In this document: positions 10,404 to 22,027 of the stretch, piece after piece
Layout of the letters: the number at the start of each line of letters is the position of its first letter
How positions within the stretch are numbered: the first letter of the stretch is position 1
Source of the DNA: an uncultured Methanomicrobiaceae archaeon
Lineage (GTDB): Archaea > Halobacteriota > Methanomicrobia > Methanomicrobiales > Methanoculleaceae
Length of the DNA: 64,000 bases
Direction of reading: 5' to 3'
NCBI GenBank assembly: GCA_963826525.1
Contig: CAWGXH010000005.1
Coordinates: 64,001-128,000, forward strand
The notes under the pieces: generated by a model
Told to the model about the DNA's origin: nothing
The model's input: the letters and a program-made list of their open reading frames with translations, nothing else
The model's database searches: none
Translations under genes and position numbers: made by a program

Positions 10404-11471
10404 CTACTGGTAAGCCATGGTCTGGTTTCCGGTCGCATTACCCATGGTCTGGTTTCCGGTCACATTGCCCATGGTCTGGTTACCCGTCGCATTGCCCATG
10501 GTCTGGTTTCCGGTTACGTTGCCCATAGTCTGGTTTCCGGTCATGTTCCCGGTGGCGTTACCCATGGTCTGGTTTCCGGCAGTCATGTTGCCTATCGTCA
10601 TGTTTGGCGGGATGAGCACCTGGTCGATGACGTGGATGACGCCGTTGCTGGCGTTGATGTCGGGCTGGATGATGGACGCATTATTCACCATCAGCTGGTT
10701 TGTCGTCTGGTTGAGGCTGACCGTCAGGTTCTCACCAAGCAGCGTCCGAAGCGCCGTCATATTCTGTGCCTGCGTCATCGTCTGCGTCATGTTGGCGGTC
10801 TGGTTCTGTGTCATATTCCCGGTCATATTCTGCGCTTGAGTCTGGTTCTGCGTCATGTTGGCGGTCTGGTTCTGTGTCATATTCCCGGTCATATTCTGCG
10901 CCTGAGTCTGGTTCTGCGTCATGTTGGCGGTCTGGTTCTGTGTCATATTCCCGGTCATATTCTGCGCCTGAGTCTGGTTCTGCGTCATGTTGGCAGTCTG
11001 GTTCTGCGTCATATTCAGGAGCTGCTCGGAGGTGTAGTTGCCTTCGACAACGTGGTACTGGAGAATTGCCGTGAGCTGATCCGTGTTGTTCAGGAGCTGA
11101 TCGAGGGTCTCGTTGCCGAGCGCCTCAAACGCCGCGTCGTCCGGTGCAAAGACGGTGTACGGCCCGCTGGTGTTCAGTGTCTCGGTCAGGTTAGTAGCAT
11201 TGATCGCCTGGGCAAGAATAGTCAGGTTCCCGTCCTGGTTGATCATGTCGACCAGAGTCATGTTCCCGGTGGCATTGCCCATTGTCATGTTCCCGGTCAT
11301 ATTTCCGGTGGCGTTGCCCATGGTCTGATTCCCGGTCATATTTCCGGTTGCATTGCCCATGGTCTGATTATCCATCGTGGCATTCGCTTCCCCAACCAGC
11401 GCTGCCGTGGCAACGGCAGGTATGGCCAGCAGAAAAAGAATGCACAGAGTGAGAACGGCATATTTCTTCAT
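10404..11471 (-). CDS. Secreted fasciclin glycoprotein 3 (single FAS1)
   Basis: Intact ORF with signal peptide, FAS1 motifs and N-X-T repeats; FAS1 halves nearly identical in DNA to gene 1. Confidence 0.92.
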   Translation of the reverse strand: MKKYAVLTLCILFLLAIPAVATAALVGEANATMDNQTMGNATGNMTGNQTMGNATGNMTGNMTMGNATGNMTLVDMINQDGNLTILAQAINATNLTETLNTSGPYTVFAPDDAAFEALGNETLDQLLNNTDQLTAILQYHVVEGNYTSEQLLNMTQNQTANMTQNQTQAQNMTGNMTQNQTANMTQNQTQAQNMTGNMTQNQTANMTQNQTQAQNMTGNMTQNQTANMTQTMTQAQNMTALRTLLGENLTVSLNQTTNQLMVNNASIIQPDINASNGVIHVIDQVLIPPNMTIGNMTAGNQTMGNATGNMTGNQTMGNVTGNQTMGNATGNQTMGNVTGNQTMGNATGNQTMAYQ

Positions 11472-11688
11472 ATCAATCCCCCCTTAGAGGCTTCCGAACA
11501 ATCTTCACAATAGTATATAAATATTATTATATGTTGTATCGGATGCTTCAAAAATCTCCGTTTCCGTTGATACCATTGGGGAGTTGTGTGATCTTCGGCG
11601 AACCACCCGGATCTCGACCGGTTCAAAACCCTTGGCTCTGGGCGTGAAATTCTGAAAAAAGGATATATTCCGGGAAGGTTGGACCGGG

Positions 11689-12896
11689 CTAACCCGTCAT
11701 GTTGATGATCGTCATGTTTGCTGGCATCAGCACCCGGTCGATGATGTGGACGACACCGTTGCTGGCGTTGATGTCGGGCGTGACGATCGTAGCATTGTTG
11801 ACCATCAGCTGGTTCGTGGTCTGATTGAGGGTGAGCGTCAGGTTCTCGCCGAGCAGCGTCTGTAGCGTGACCGTTGCCTGCTGCCCGGTCATGTTGGCAG
11901 TCTGGTTCTGCGTCGCGTTCCCGGTCATGTTACCCATGGTCTGGTTTTGCGTCACGTTCCCGGTCACATTCCCGGTTATGTTGGCAGTCTGATTCTGCGT
12001 CACGTTCCCGGTTACGTTACCCATGGTCTGGTTCTGCGTCACGTTCCCGGTCACATTACCCGGTTATGTTGGCAGTCTGGTTCTGCGTCACGTTCCCGGT
12101 TACGTTACCCATGGTCTGGTTCTCTGCAATCGTCATGTTCTGGCGAACCATCTCCATCAGCTGCCTCAGTAGTGTAGTTGCCTTCGACAACGTGGTACTG
12201 GAGAATTGCCGTGAGCTGATCCGTGTTGTTCAGGAGCTGGTTGATGGTATCGTTGCCGAGCGCTTCAAACGCCGCGTCGTCCGGTGCAAAGACGGTGTAC
12301 GGCCCGCCGGTGCTCAGTGTCTCGGTCAGGTTGGTAGCATTGATGGCCGTCGACAGGATCGTCAGGTTCTGCTCCTCGTCGATCACCTCTGCGACGGTCA
12401 TGTTCTCCGTCTGGTTGCCGCCGGTCGTAAGCTCCGTCACATTCACGGATATGTTCAGGGTGTACTCCGCATCCTGCAGGGTGTGACCGGCCGAACCGTA
12501 GGAGTATATCACACTATCACTACCGTTCAACCGCATCCTGGCAGGACCTGCGGGGATCTCCTCCCCGTTGACCCAGAACTTCCAGGAGTTCTCCGTACCG
12601 TTCACAATGCCCCTCTCGATACCGGCGATCGAGGTGACGACAAGGATACCCCGCTCCGGCGGAAGATCTTCGGAGACCGTATAGTTGAAATTACCCGCCT
12701 CCGATGCGGCATTGAGGGCACCAAGGGCAGAATTCTCACGGATGATGTACGGCTGCGTCGAGTTTACCGGCAGGATGGTGAAGTTTTCGCTGCTGTTCAG
12801 CGTGACGGCCTCCTCCCCGATGGATACTGCCACGGTTGCTGCGGGCAGGCCAATGAGAAGAAGGAGACCGAGAGTTAGGAGAAATTTATGTTTCAT
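11689..12896 (-). CDS. Secreted fasciclin glycoprotein 4 (DUF4430-like plus FAS1); frameshifts near 12168 and 12060
   Basis: Signal peptide; ALGALNAAS...SIAGIE...W.FWVNG domain; FAS1 H1 in ORF 12105-12896 and H2 in ORF 11689-12054. Confidence 0.85.
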
Positions 12897-13087
12897 GGTT
12901 ATTCCCTCCTCTGGGATTGGAAGGGTCTCGTTTATTGTATTTAATGATTTTTATAATTTAAATCGCTTGAATCTTACACCTGGCGTGTAACGGGAAAGGA
13001 TCGACTCTCTTGAGAGCAATGCTTCTTCCGATAGCATCCCGGCCGCATCTCTCTCCTAGGTAAGGAACAACCATTATTCATGATACA

Positions 13088-13118
13088 AAAAAGAGTTTCG
13101 GGAGCAACGCTCCCGGAA
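13088..13118 (-). terminator. Hairpin plus T-tract downstream of fasciclin gene 5
   Basis: Minus strand ttccgggagcgttgctcccgaaa followed by ctcttttt. Confidence 0.4.
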
Positions 13119-13125
13119 GATGTCC

Positions 13126-13929
13126 TTACATTGTCTGTCCGCCGGTCGTGCCTCCCGTTTCGTTACCAGTTGACTGGTTTCCGGTCACGTTCCCGGTAGT
13201 AACGTTGGCCATGGTCTGGTTTCCGGTCATGTTACCGGCGGTCGTCAGGTTGCTGACTGTCATGTTCGGCGGGATGAGCACCTTGTCGATGACATAAATG
13301 ACACCCGTGCTGGTGTTAATTTCCTGGACAACGAATGTATCGTTGTTCAGAACCAGCTGACCGTTCTCCTGGGTCACCGTGATGTTCTCGCCAAGGAGTG
13401 TCTGCAGCATCGTTTCGTTCCCGGTCATGTTCCCGGTCTGGTTCTGCGTCTCGTTCTGACCGCCGAAGAGGCCGCTCAAGAAGCTGAAGATATCCCCGCT
13501 GGTCTGGTTCTGCTGCTGGGTCATGTTCATCAGCTGCTCCGGCGTGTACTCGCCGGGAACCACGTGGTACTGGAGAATTATCGTGAGCTGATCCTGGTTG
13601 CCCAGCAGCGCTCCGACGGTATCGTTGCCGAGCGCTTCAAACGCTGCGTCGTCCGGTGCAAAGACGGTGTACGGCCCGCCGGTTTGAAGCGCCCCGGTCA
13701 GGTTGGCCACATTGAGCGCTGTCGAAAGGGTGGTCAGGTTCGGGTCCTGCTGGATCACATCGACGAGGGTCATATTGCCGGTCTGGTTTCCCATAGTCTG
13801 GTTGCCGGCTGCACTGGTCATGTTTGTCTGGTTGCCTGTCGTAGCATTCTCACTGCCCATCGGAAGAGCCGATGTCACGGCTACCATCCCTATGATGAGG
13901 AGAACGCATGCCCATACAATCTGTTTCAT
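13126..13929 (-). CDS. Secreted fasciclin glycoprotein 5 (single FAS1)
   Basis: Signal peptide; GPYTVFAPDDAAF, LQYHVVPG and GVIYVIDKVLIP. Confidence 0.92.
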   Translation of the reverse strand: MKQIVWACVLLIIGMVAVTSALPMGSENATTGNQTNMTSAAGNQTMGNQTGNMTLVDVIQQDPNLTTLSTALNVANLTGALQTGGPYTVFAPDDAAFEALGNDTVGALLGNQDQLTIILQYHVVPGEYTPEQLMNMTQQQNQTSGDIFSFLSGLFGGQNETQNQTGNMTGNETMLQTLLGENITVTQENGQLVLNNDTFVVQEINTSTGVIYVIDKVLIPPNMTVSNLTTAGNMTGNQTMANVTTGNVTGNQSTGNETGGTTGGQTM

Positions 13930-14157
13930 TCTCTTTCCCTCCCCCCTGGAGGGCGGGGGGATAAACTCCAGGATATATAAAATTATTTATGATGCAAGCG
14001 GTATGCCCGGGAGCGTTATCGGCGGGCGGCAGGCCCCGGCACGACACACCTATAAGGATGCGGATGCCGATACGGCGGCGAAAACGGCCGCCGCACTCTG
14101 CGATATACCGGTTGCGCACAAGAAAAAATATTCTCCCCCGGAACAGGGGAGGCATGC

Positions 14158-15590
14158 CTACGGCCTGATCAGCACCGTCTTCCTCTCGAGGTAGTTCTCG
14201 AGCGCATCATAGCCGTTCTCCCGGCCAAGGCCGCTCTCGTTGACCCCGCCGAACGGAACCTCCGGTGGGACGCGAAGGTGCTGGTTGACCCAGATCATGC
14301 CCGCCCGGAGCCCCTCGCATGCCCGGGTAATCTCCGCGATATCCTTTGCCCATACGGAGGCGCCGAGTCCGAAACAGGTACCGGTTCGCATAGGCGAGCG
14401 CTTCATCGAGATCGCCGACGGTAACAATGGGGAGCACCGGCCCGAAGACCTCCTCGCGTCAGCAGCACCGAATCATCAGGGACATCGGAGACCACCGTCG
14501 GCAGGTAGTAATATCCTCCGCGGAACTCCTGACCTTCCGGCACGCTTCCGCCGGTGAGGATACTCCCTTCGCCCCGCTCCCGGACCGAAGCCACCTGGGC
14601 GGCGATCCGGTCAAGGGCCGTCCGGTTGTTGAGCGGCCCCATGGTCACGCCCTTCTGCATGCCGTTCCCGACCGTGATCGACCGTATCCGTTCCGTCAGC
14701 CTCTCGATGAAGCGATCGGCAATCTCTTCGAAGACGAAGAGCCTTTTGACCGCCGTGCAGGTCTGCCCGCAGTTGTAAAACCGTCCGCGAACGGCTCCTT
14801 CGACCGCTTCCGAGAGATCGGCATCGCTGCAGACGATCATCGGATCGCTTCCCCCGAGTTCCAGCGTCACCCGTTTCATCGCCGGCGCTGCATCTGCCAT
14901 GACCTGTCGGCCGGTCTCGACCTCGCCGGTGAACGATACCTTCCGGATAGCCGGGTGGCGGGCGATGGCACGGCCGACGGTCTCCCCCGGGCCCGTGACC
15001 AGGTTCAGAACACCCCCCGGAAGTCCTGCCCCCTCGAGTATGCCGGCAAGGGTCAGGCAGGTGAGGGGAGCGGTGCCGGCGGGCTTGAGCACCATGGTGT
15101 TGCCGGCGGCGAGTGCCGGCCCGACCTTCCATCCCATGATGAGCGCCGGCATATTCCAGGGAATGATCGCTCCGCAGACGCCGAGCGGCACCTTTGCTAT
15201 GAGTGCGTGACCGGAGCCGGGGAGCTTTGCGTACTCGCCGTGGAGGGATGCCGAAAGGCTGCCGTAGTACTCAAGGGTGTTTGCAAAACCGTTGATCTCG
15301 TCGAGCGCTTCACGGTATGGCTTTCCCTGCTCGGTGGTCAGCAGCGTGGCGAGTTCGCCGTTCCGCCGCCGCACCTCATCAGCGCCTGCAGAGAGAATCT
15401 TGCCGCGATCCCGCGGTGAACGACGCGACCACGCATCCAATGCATCGGCAGCAGCATCGACCGCCCGTCCGAGATCCGCGGCATTCCCCCGCGGGACGGC
15501 ATCGATCGCCGCTCCGGTAGCGGGATTTTCGACCATGATCGTCTCACCGCTCTCTGCATCGATCCGGTCCCCGTCGATAAGCATCTGCAT
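14158..15590 (-). CDS. NAD(P)-dependent aldehyde dehydrogenase, frameshifts near 14390-14455
   Basis: IIPWN, FTGE, LELGG, catalytic GQTC, PFGGVNESG. Confidence 0.92.
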
Positions 15591-15636
15591 GGAGAGATAC
15601 TATGTGCGGAGGTACTATATGCCGGCAGCGACCCTT

Positions 15637-16704
15637 TCAGCCGCCGTACGTGCATTGGCAGCGGCCGATCGTGAGCGCCGTTGCTCCGACGATCACCGCA
15701 AGAAATACGAATGCGGCGAAGAAGGTGCTCGCCTCCGCAACGATCCCCGCAACGAACGGTAGGAGGGTGAACCCGGCGTAGGTGGAGGTGTTAAACAGGC
15801 CGGTGACCACCCCCTGCCGGATATTCGTCTGTGCAAGGAACGAGAGCGAGGCGACGATGACAAAACCGGCGATTGCTCCGATAACGGGGAATGCCCACGG
15901 GGTGAAGTAGCACCCCGCGACCGCGATTGCCATGGCGATCGCAGAGACGCGGATGGTCGGAACCGGATCGAAGTGAATGTGCGAAGCGAGGAGGATGGTG
16001 ACGACGGTGGCGATATTCATAAGCCCGATCTGGATGCTGAGGAGTCCGGGGTTTTCGCCGGTATACTCCGGGTAGAGGGCGGCGACTGCTCCGGTGACGC
16101 CGATAAGGACGACGGCCGCAAGGTAGAGCCAGATATAGTGGCGGATAACCTCCGGGAGATTCGCCGTGATGAAGTTCTCCCGGATCTGTTCGGAGAGGGA
16201 GATGCTCATCGCCAGGGGGACGAGGGCGATCCCCGTGAAGAGGGCGACGCCGGCAAGGGAAGATGCCATAATTTCGTCAAGCCACCCGGTCCCGAGCAGC
16301 CCGACGACAAGCCCGAGGTTCAGTGCCGCCATGAAGTAACCGCTCAGCGCTTCGTGGTTCTCCTGCGAGTTCGTCCACGCGAGCGCCGCGGCAACGAAGA
16401 GCCCCGCTCCGACCCCCTCGAGGCCGCGGGCTGCGATCATCGGCAGTCCCGATGGAAAAAGGATGATGACGATACCGCTTGCGAGGGTAAGGAGAAGGCC
16501 TGCCCGAATGAGCGGCACCCGGCCGATACGGTCGCTGGCAAGCCCGGCGGGGAGAACCGTCAGGAATGCCCCGAAAAAATATGCGGAGAAGATTGCGCCC
16601 TGCAGTGCCGCTCCTTCACCAAAATCGGGGAGTACCGGGACGATGGCGTTTGAGAGCGCCATCACCGCGAATACTCCGAGGAGGAGCGATGCTCGCTGCA
16701 GCAT
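15637..16704 (-). CDS. MFS transporter
   Basis: GLASDRIGRV motif A; about 12 TM segments; start at MLQRASLL. Confidence 0.85.
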   Translation of the reverse strand: MLQRASLLLGVFAVMALSNAIVPVLPDFGEGAALQGAIFSAYFFGAFLTVLPAGLASDRIGRVPLIRAGLLLTLASGIVIILFPSGLPMIAARGLEGVGAGLFVAAALAWTNSQENHEALSGYFMAALNLGLVVGLLGTGWLDEIMASSLAGVALFTGIALVPLAMSISLSEQIRENFITANLPEVIRHYIWLYLAAVVLIGVTGAVAALYPEYTGENPGLLSIQIGLMNIATVVTILLASHIHFDPVPTIRVSAIAMAIAVAGCYFTPWAFPVIGAIAGFVIVASLSFLAQTNIRQGVVTGLFNTSTYAGFTLLPFVAGIVAEASTFFAAFVFLAVIVGATALTIGRCQCTYGG

Positions 16705-16706
16705 CT

Positions 16707-18599
16707 TCAGACCATGCGGTAGGTTTCGAGGTTCAGGGGCGAATGTGTTTCTATATGGTATCGCTTGTAGATCGAGCTTGCCAGATCGATCGTCTTGTTC
16801 TCGTCGCCGTGGATGGTAAAGATCTTCTCGGGCCTGGGCTGCAGGTGGGAGATGTAGTTCATCAACTGTTTGCGGTCGGAGTGACCGGAGAACCCGTCGA
16901 TCGTGGCGATCTCGAGGTTGATGACGATCGTCTCGCGCCACCCGAGAGGGATCTCGCGCCACCCCTTCTGAATGCGCCGCCCGAGCGTCCCGTCGGCCTG
17001 GTATCCGACGAAGACGAGGGTGTTCCTCTCGTCCGGGCCGAGCATCTTGAGGTACTCCATCACTGGACCGCCGTTGAGCATACCGCTCGTGGTGATGATG
17101 ACGCACGGGTCTCCGGTGATGACCTTCTCCCGGCGGTCGGGTGAGTCCACCTGGGTGAAGCACTCTGCAAGGAACGGGTTCAAGCCTTCGCGGAAGATCT
17201 GGTTCCGGAGGTCGCTGTTCAGGTACTCGGGATACGTGGTGTGGATCGCCGTCGCCTCGCGGATCATCCCGTCGAGATAGATCTTCACGGGCGGGATCTT
17301 CTGGTTCCTGATCCCTTCCTCGAGAGCGAGCATCACTTCCTGCGACCGGCCGACGGCGAACGCCGGGATGACTACCTTTCCGCCCCGGTTCACGGTAGTG
17401 GTGATGGTCTCATACAGTCTCTCCTCCGCATCTTTTCGCTGGGGCTGCATATCGTTCGAACCGCCGTAGGTGCTCTCCATGAAGAGTGCCTCGAGACGGG
17501 GGAAGGACGAGACTGCCGGGTTGAAGAGGCGGCTCTTCTGGTAGTTGAAGTCGCCGGTGAATGCGATATTGTAGAGACCCTCGCCGACGTGGAAGTGGGC
17601 GATCGCCGAGCCGAGGATATGACCGGCATTGTGGAAGGTGAGCTTGATGTCGGGTGCGATATCGGTGACGCTTCCGTAGTTCAGCGTTATGGAGTGCTGG
17701 ATGTACGTCTTGACCTCGTTTGACGTATACGGTATTTTGTCGCTCTCTTTCCTGACCACGTCGATGTAGTCGAGCTGGAGCATCGCCGAGAGATCCCTCG
17801 TCGGCGGTGTCGCATAGACCGGGCCTTCATAGCCGTATTTGAAGAGGAGGGGGACGAGAGCACAGTGATCGAGGTGTGCATGCGTGAGCACTACCGCATC
17901 CACGCTGGCCAGGGGATAGATCTCCGGAACGTAGATGTAGGGTGTTCCATTGGTCGTGCTGCCCGGCTTCTCGCCGCAGTCGACGAGGACCTTGCTCTCC
18001 GGCGTCGAGATGAGGAACGCCGCCCTTCCGACCTCACGGCAGCACCCGAGCGTTGTCACCCGGAGCCACTGATCCTTGCTCGTGACCTCGCGGTGGATAC
18101 GCCTTCCGATGGTTCGAAGGAACGTTTTTCGTTCGTCTTTGACGGCTCTGAGATATGTCCGTACCTGTTTTACGGTTGAACTCTCGATCGGCGGTGTCCT
18201 GACCACCTTCGGTGTCCAGCCGATCTGCTTTGTGATCTCCCGGAGAGTGGCACCATTCTTGCCGATGACGACCCCGGGTTTCTCTGCTTCGATAAGAACT
18301 TCCCCGGTCTCGGGATCGAAGAACAGATCGGTGATACCGGCATTCTCCGGAACGACCGATCGGATTTCACCTGCAGCCCGTTCCGGATCTTCGAGGATAT
18401 TCGGGCGTACGACGATCCGCTTGCGCAGGTCGCGTGCGAGAATCTTGATGAGATCCGCCTGGTCGGCAAACTTCTTGGGATCGTCGGTATAGATCACCAG
18501 CTCCGGTCCCTCAAACTCAACTTCAGAGACCGTAATACCGCTCGGTATAATCTTGTCGATCTGATCCTTGAGTTCCTTAAGCCTCTCCTCTATTAACAT
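16707..18599 (-). CDS. fttA: Beta-CASP ribonuclease aCPSF1 / transcription termination factor FttA
   Basis: N-terminal KH domains, THAHLDH, AGHILGS, FSGHSD; conserved adjacency to psmB. Confidence 0.95.
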   Translation of the reverse strand: MLIEERLKELKDQIDKIIPSGITVSEVEFEGPELVIYTDDPKKFADQADLIKILARDLRKRIVVRPNILEDPERAAGEIRSVVPENAGITDLFFDPETGEVLIEAEKPGVVIGKNGATLREITKQIGWTPKVVRTPPIESSTVKQVRTYLRAVKDERKTFLRTIGRRIHREVTSKDQWLRVTTLGCCREVGRAAFLISTPESKVLVDCGEKPGSTTNGTPYIYVPEIYPLASVDAVVLTHAHLDHCALVPLLFKYGYEGPVYATPPTRDLSAMLQLDYIDVVRKESDKIPYTSNEVKTYIQHSITLNYGSVTDIAPDIKLTFHNAGHILGSAIAHFHVGEGLYNIAFTGDFNYQKSRLFNPAVSSFPRLEALFMESTYGGSNDMQPQRKDAEERLYETITTTVNRGGKVVIPAFAVGRSQEVMLALEEGIRNQKIPPVKIYLDGMIREATAIHTTYPEYLNSDLRNQIFREGLNPFLAECFTQVDSPDRREKVITGDPCVIITTSGMLNGGPVMEYLKMLGPDERNTLVFVGYQADGTLGRRIQKGWREIPLGWRETIVINLEIATIDGFSGHSDRKQLMNYISHLQPRPEKIFTIHGDENKTIDLASSIYKRYHIETHSPLNLETYRMV

Positions 18600-18601
18600 C
18601 A

Positions 18602-19264
18602 CTATCGTCCAAAAAAGGTTAGTTTGTTGGGAGAGCTGACAGACGGTGCCTGCAGCCCGCGTTCGATTGTTTCTTCGTATTTATCCCTGGTTATCACGAC
18701 GAGCATGATATCCCCGCCGGAACCGGCGTCACGGCGCATAGCGGTCTTTACTGCGCGGACCGCGAGGTCCCTTGCCTCTGCTTCGTCCATACCGTCACGG
18801 TACTGATCCTCGAGAATACCGTACGCAAACGGTGACCCGGATCCGGTCGCTACGATCTCCTCCTCTTTTGTGGCTCCGCCCATGGCATCAACCGAGTAGA
18901 CGGCAGGGCCTTTGTCGTCGAAGCCGCCGACGAGGAGCTGGACGTAGTAGGGATAATACCGGTTCTGATTCAGGTAATTCGAGAGCAGTGTCGATACCGC
19001 TCCGACTGACATCGTCTTGCCGCGGCGGACCTGGTACAGGCTCGACTCCACCTGCATGAGGCGGACGAGCTGCTGGGCATCGCCCACCCCGCCGGCCGTG
19101 GTCATTCCGACTCTCTTCGTGATCTGATAGATCTTCTTGGCACGTTTGCTGGCAATGAGGTTCCCCATCGTCGCCCGCATCTCGGTCGCGAGAATGACGC
19201 CGTCTTTGAAGACCAGACCAATTGTTGTTGTACCTTTATAGGTCATCTGGGAAATATCAGGCAT
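18602..19264 (-). CDS. psmB: Proteasome subunit beta
   Basis: Propeptide ending KG/TTTIG; GSGS motif; RRDAGSG. Confidence 0.95.
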   Translation of the reverse strand: MPDISQMTYKGTTTIGLVFKDGVILATEMRATMGNLIASKRAKKIYQITKRVGMTTAGGVGDAQQLVRLMQVESSLYQVRRGKTMSVGAVSTLLSNYLNQNRYYPYYVQLLVGGFDDKGPAVYSVDAMGGATKEEEIVATGSGSPFAYGILEDQYRDGMDEAEARDLAVRAVKTAMRRDAGSGGDIMLVVITRDKYEETIERGLQAPSVSSPNKLTFFGR

Positions 19265-19413
19265 TGAAACACCCCCTAAAATCACTAAAACGCTATAAAT
19301 CGGTCAAAAGCGCTTCAGCGTATATAATGACACGATAAAACATAAATCTTGTTGTCGCACCGTGCCATAGCACGGTATGATAGGGTACCTTTATTGTATA
19401 AGAGTATTATCCC

Positions 19414-20274
19414 TTAAAAGTTTTGGCGGGCATCCTGCTCCGGCAGCAGGACCTTGATCAACTCGCGGTCAAAGAGCATGGCAACAAGACGCTTATTGCC
19501 GTTGACCACCGGCAGCTGGTCGACTTTCGACCGCTTCATCTTCAGGGCGCATTCGCTGATCTCCGCATTGAGGGGGACTGCGAGCACGTTCTTGACCATG
19601 GCATTCTTCACCGGTATCGGCAGGAGCTGGATCTTTGATATTCCGTAGCTGATGGTATGCATGTCGCGGATGCTCTCCCACGTCCACTCATCGTCATCCG
19701 TACCGTTCGAGAAGTCGCTGACCTCAACACCGTCCTCGATCCGGGAGTGGCGGATCAGATCCCGCTCCGAGATGATCCCCGTGAGCGTTCCGTCTTCGGT
19801 GAGGATCGGAATTGCATCAAACCCGGAGACTTCAAGGATCCGGCCGACAAGGGTCAGTGGCGTATCCTCCCAGAGAGCGTAGGTCTTGCTCACATACCGG
19901 TCTTTGATCGAGTTGGAGAGGCGCATCTGGGCGATGGCGCCGACAAGGTCGGCAACGCTGATGATCCCGATCATATCGCCGTCCTCGACGACGGGAAGCC
20001 TGCGGATGTTATGACGCACCAGCACCTGTGCTGCCTCGGAGAGGGGAGCGTCCGGCCGGATGACGACGGGATTCGGCGTCATCAAAAGGCCGAGCTGCGA
20101 CTCATCAGCTTTGCGGAGCAGGTCTTTCCTGGTGATGATGCCGACGAGCTGTTTATCTTTTAAGACCGGTACGCCACTGATACCGGTTCTCTTCAGGATA
20201 CGAAGGACATCGTCCCTGTTTCCGGGTATCTCGACACAGACGGCGTCTGTTACCATATAGTCACGGACAAGCAT
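19414..20274 (-). CDS. CBS-domain protein (4 CBS)
   Basis: Repeated ISGVPV, IRRLPVV and VDQLPVV with GII(T/S)..DL. Confidence 0.9.
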   Translation of the reverse strand: MLVRDYMVTDAVCVEIPGNRDDVLRILKRTGISGVPVLKDKQLVGIITRKDLLRKADESQLGLLMTPNPVVIRPDAPLSEAAQVLVRHNIRRLPVVEDGDMIGIISVADLVGAIAQMRLSNSIKDRYVSKTYALWEDTPLTLVGRILEVSGFDAIPILTEDGTLTGIISERDLIRHSRIEDGVEVSDFSNGTDDDEWTWESIRDMHTISYGISKIQLLPIPVKNAMVKNVLAVPLNAEISECALKMKRSKVDQLPVVNGNKRLVAMLFDRELIKVLLPEQDARQNF

Positions 20275-20285
20275 CTGTCTGGGGC

Positions 20286-20714
20286 TTATATTCTCACCAC
20301 CGTTGTCGTGACTCCGCTGTGCCTCACGACGTAGTCGGTAACACTACCGAGGAGAAGGCGGTCGACCTCGCTCTTTCCGTGTGAGCCGAGGAGAATGAGA
20401 TCGGCATTCAGCTCTTCTGCAAGGGCGATGATCTCGCTGCCTGCGTGACCCTGGCGGATGTGCGTGTTTAAGGAGACCCCGGCCGACTCGGCTTCTGCCC
20501 GGCATTCGGCCAGAAGTTCTTCTCCTTCCTTCTCCAGAAGGCTGTAGATAACCTCGAGCGTATTATCCATCGGCAGTGATGAGAAAAGACCCGACTCAAC
20601 GACGTAGATCGCGTGGAGATCTGCGTTCCATATTTTTGCTTCCTCGATGGCTTTACCAAGAGCGTGCTTTGCCGGCTCCGACCCATCAACTGCAACAAGT
20701 ATCTTTTGAACCAT
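20286..20714 (-). CDS. Universal stress protein
   Basis: ILVAVDGS; GSHGKS...LLGSV. Confidence 0.92.
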   Translation of the reverse strand: MVQKILVAVDGSEPAKHALGKAIEEAKIWNADLHAIYVVESGLFSSLPMDNTLEVIYSLLEKEGEELLAECRAEAESAGVSLNTHIRQGHAGSEIIALAEELNADLILLGSHGKSEVDRLLLGSVTDYVVRHSGVTTTVVRI

Positions 20715-20750
20715 GTATACCCCACAAAACGGCCGTTCCCTACTAAATCT

Positions 20751-21795
20751 CTATCTCATGCTTAATACATTTTGTTCGATAGCAGAAGCGTCCACCCGCC
20801 GTACCAGCGTTGCAAGAAGGTTTTTACTGAACCGAAAATTGCCGTATGATGCGTTGATAAGAGTAATCTTCGCGGGATCTCCTTCTTTGATAAAAAATGG
20901 TCTTCCCGTGAGCTCCGATCCTGAAACGGCAGCACGCAGAATCTCTTCCGCCGGGGAACCTGTACACGACTGAGAGAAATGCCATCTCCTGAAGCATATT
21001 TGGCTGAACAAACATCACATTGTCCGTTCCAAGGTAAATGCGGCACCCGAGGGAGAGCATGCGCTGTACAGGCGGTCTGGCGGACGATCCCGCAACCCCG
21101 AGCAGCCAGTTGGAGCGGGGGCAGATGACTATCGGGATCTCGCGATCGGCGCAGTCACGGAGCTGGGCGTCTGTGGCATGGGTGCAGTGTACCAGCAGGT
21201 CCGGGTCGTAGGCGAGCGCTTCATCGACGTCGGCATGGTCGCGTTCACCTGCGTGAAACGCTACGCGTTTGCCCAGTCTGCGCGTCTCGGTTACCTCCCG
21301 CTCGACGCCCTCTACATCCCGTATGCTGCTGATCCCGATCCCGTCCGCGTCGCGCTCCCCGCCGTCCCTGCCGAAGATGACCGGCGTTGCCGCGAGGCCC
21401 AGAGCCGCCTCCGTAAGGGCGGCGACACCGCCCGGACCCCCTTCACGGAAGTCGGCAAAGCCCTGAGTGCCTGACTGCACCATCGTTGTAATGCTCGCGC
21501 GCATCGCTTCGATGAGGCGCTTCCGCGGAGTTTTTGCAAGGATGCGGTGTTTGAGCCCGTCTGGAGGGGCGACGAGTTCGGCGAGGCTGCCGCTGCAGGG
21601 GCAGTCCATGGCGACCGTATCGCCGCAGTGCGTATGGGCGTTGAAGAAGGCAGGGACGATCCAGAATTCCGGCGTTCGGGAGGCCGGCTCTATCGCCCGG
21701 ATGATACCGTTTTCGACGATAATGCTGACGCACTGCTCGTCGAGCTCCTCGCCGAGGAGTGCATGGCCGGTGACCGTGTATGAGGATGGCAGCAT
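20751..21795 (-). CDS. Amidohydrolase-family metal-dependent hydrolase, frameshift near 20960
   Basis: FNAHTH, FHAGE, VHCTH, LGTDN. Confidence 0.85.
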
Positions 21796-21841
21796 GGCTC
21801 TGTAGCCTTCTTTTTATATTCCGAGGGATAAATACATCTAT

Positions 21842-22009
21842 ATGGCAAAAAAATCAGGCGGAAGACTGGTATCCTCGGCCGGTCTTGTCAACTACTATGA
21901 CAGTGAGGACCGGCGTGCGGTCCATATCAGTCCGGTTGCAGTGGTCGTTGCGGCAGCAGTCATCGGCGTAGCGATATTCATTCTGAATGCACTCTTCCCG
22001 GCAATGTAA
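21842..22009 (+). CDS. secG: Preprotein translocase subunit Sec61-beta/SecG (55 aa, absent from the ORF track)
   Basis: Hand translation MAKKSGGRLVSSAGLVNYYDSEDRRAVHISPVAVVVAAAVIGVAIFILNALFPAM*. Confidence 0.9.
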   Translation: MAKKSGGRLVSSAGLVNYYDSEDRRAVHISPVAVVVAAAVIGVAIFILNALFPAM

Positions 22010-22027
22010 CGGGTAAAAATAGATATT

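Noticed and set aside
5500-11300. Diversity-generating retroelement (TR/VR pair) explaining the near-identical segments
   Set aside because: No reverse transcriptase, and the few differences are not adenine-specific.
16707-19264. psmB-aCPSF1 linkage as a novelty
   Set aside because: Well-known conserved archaeal gene pair.
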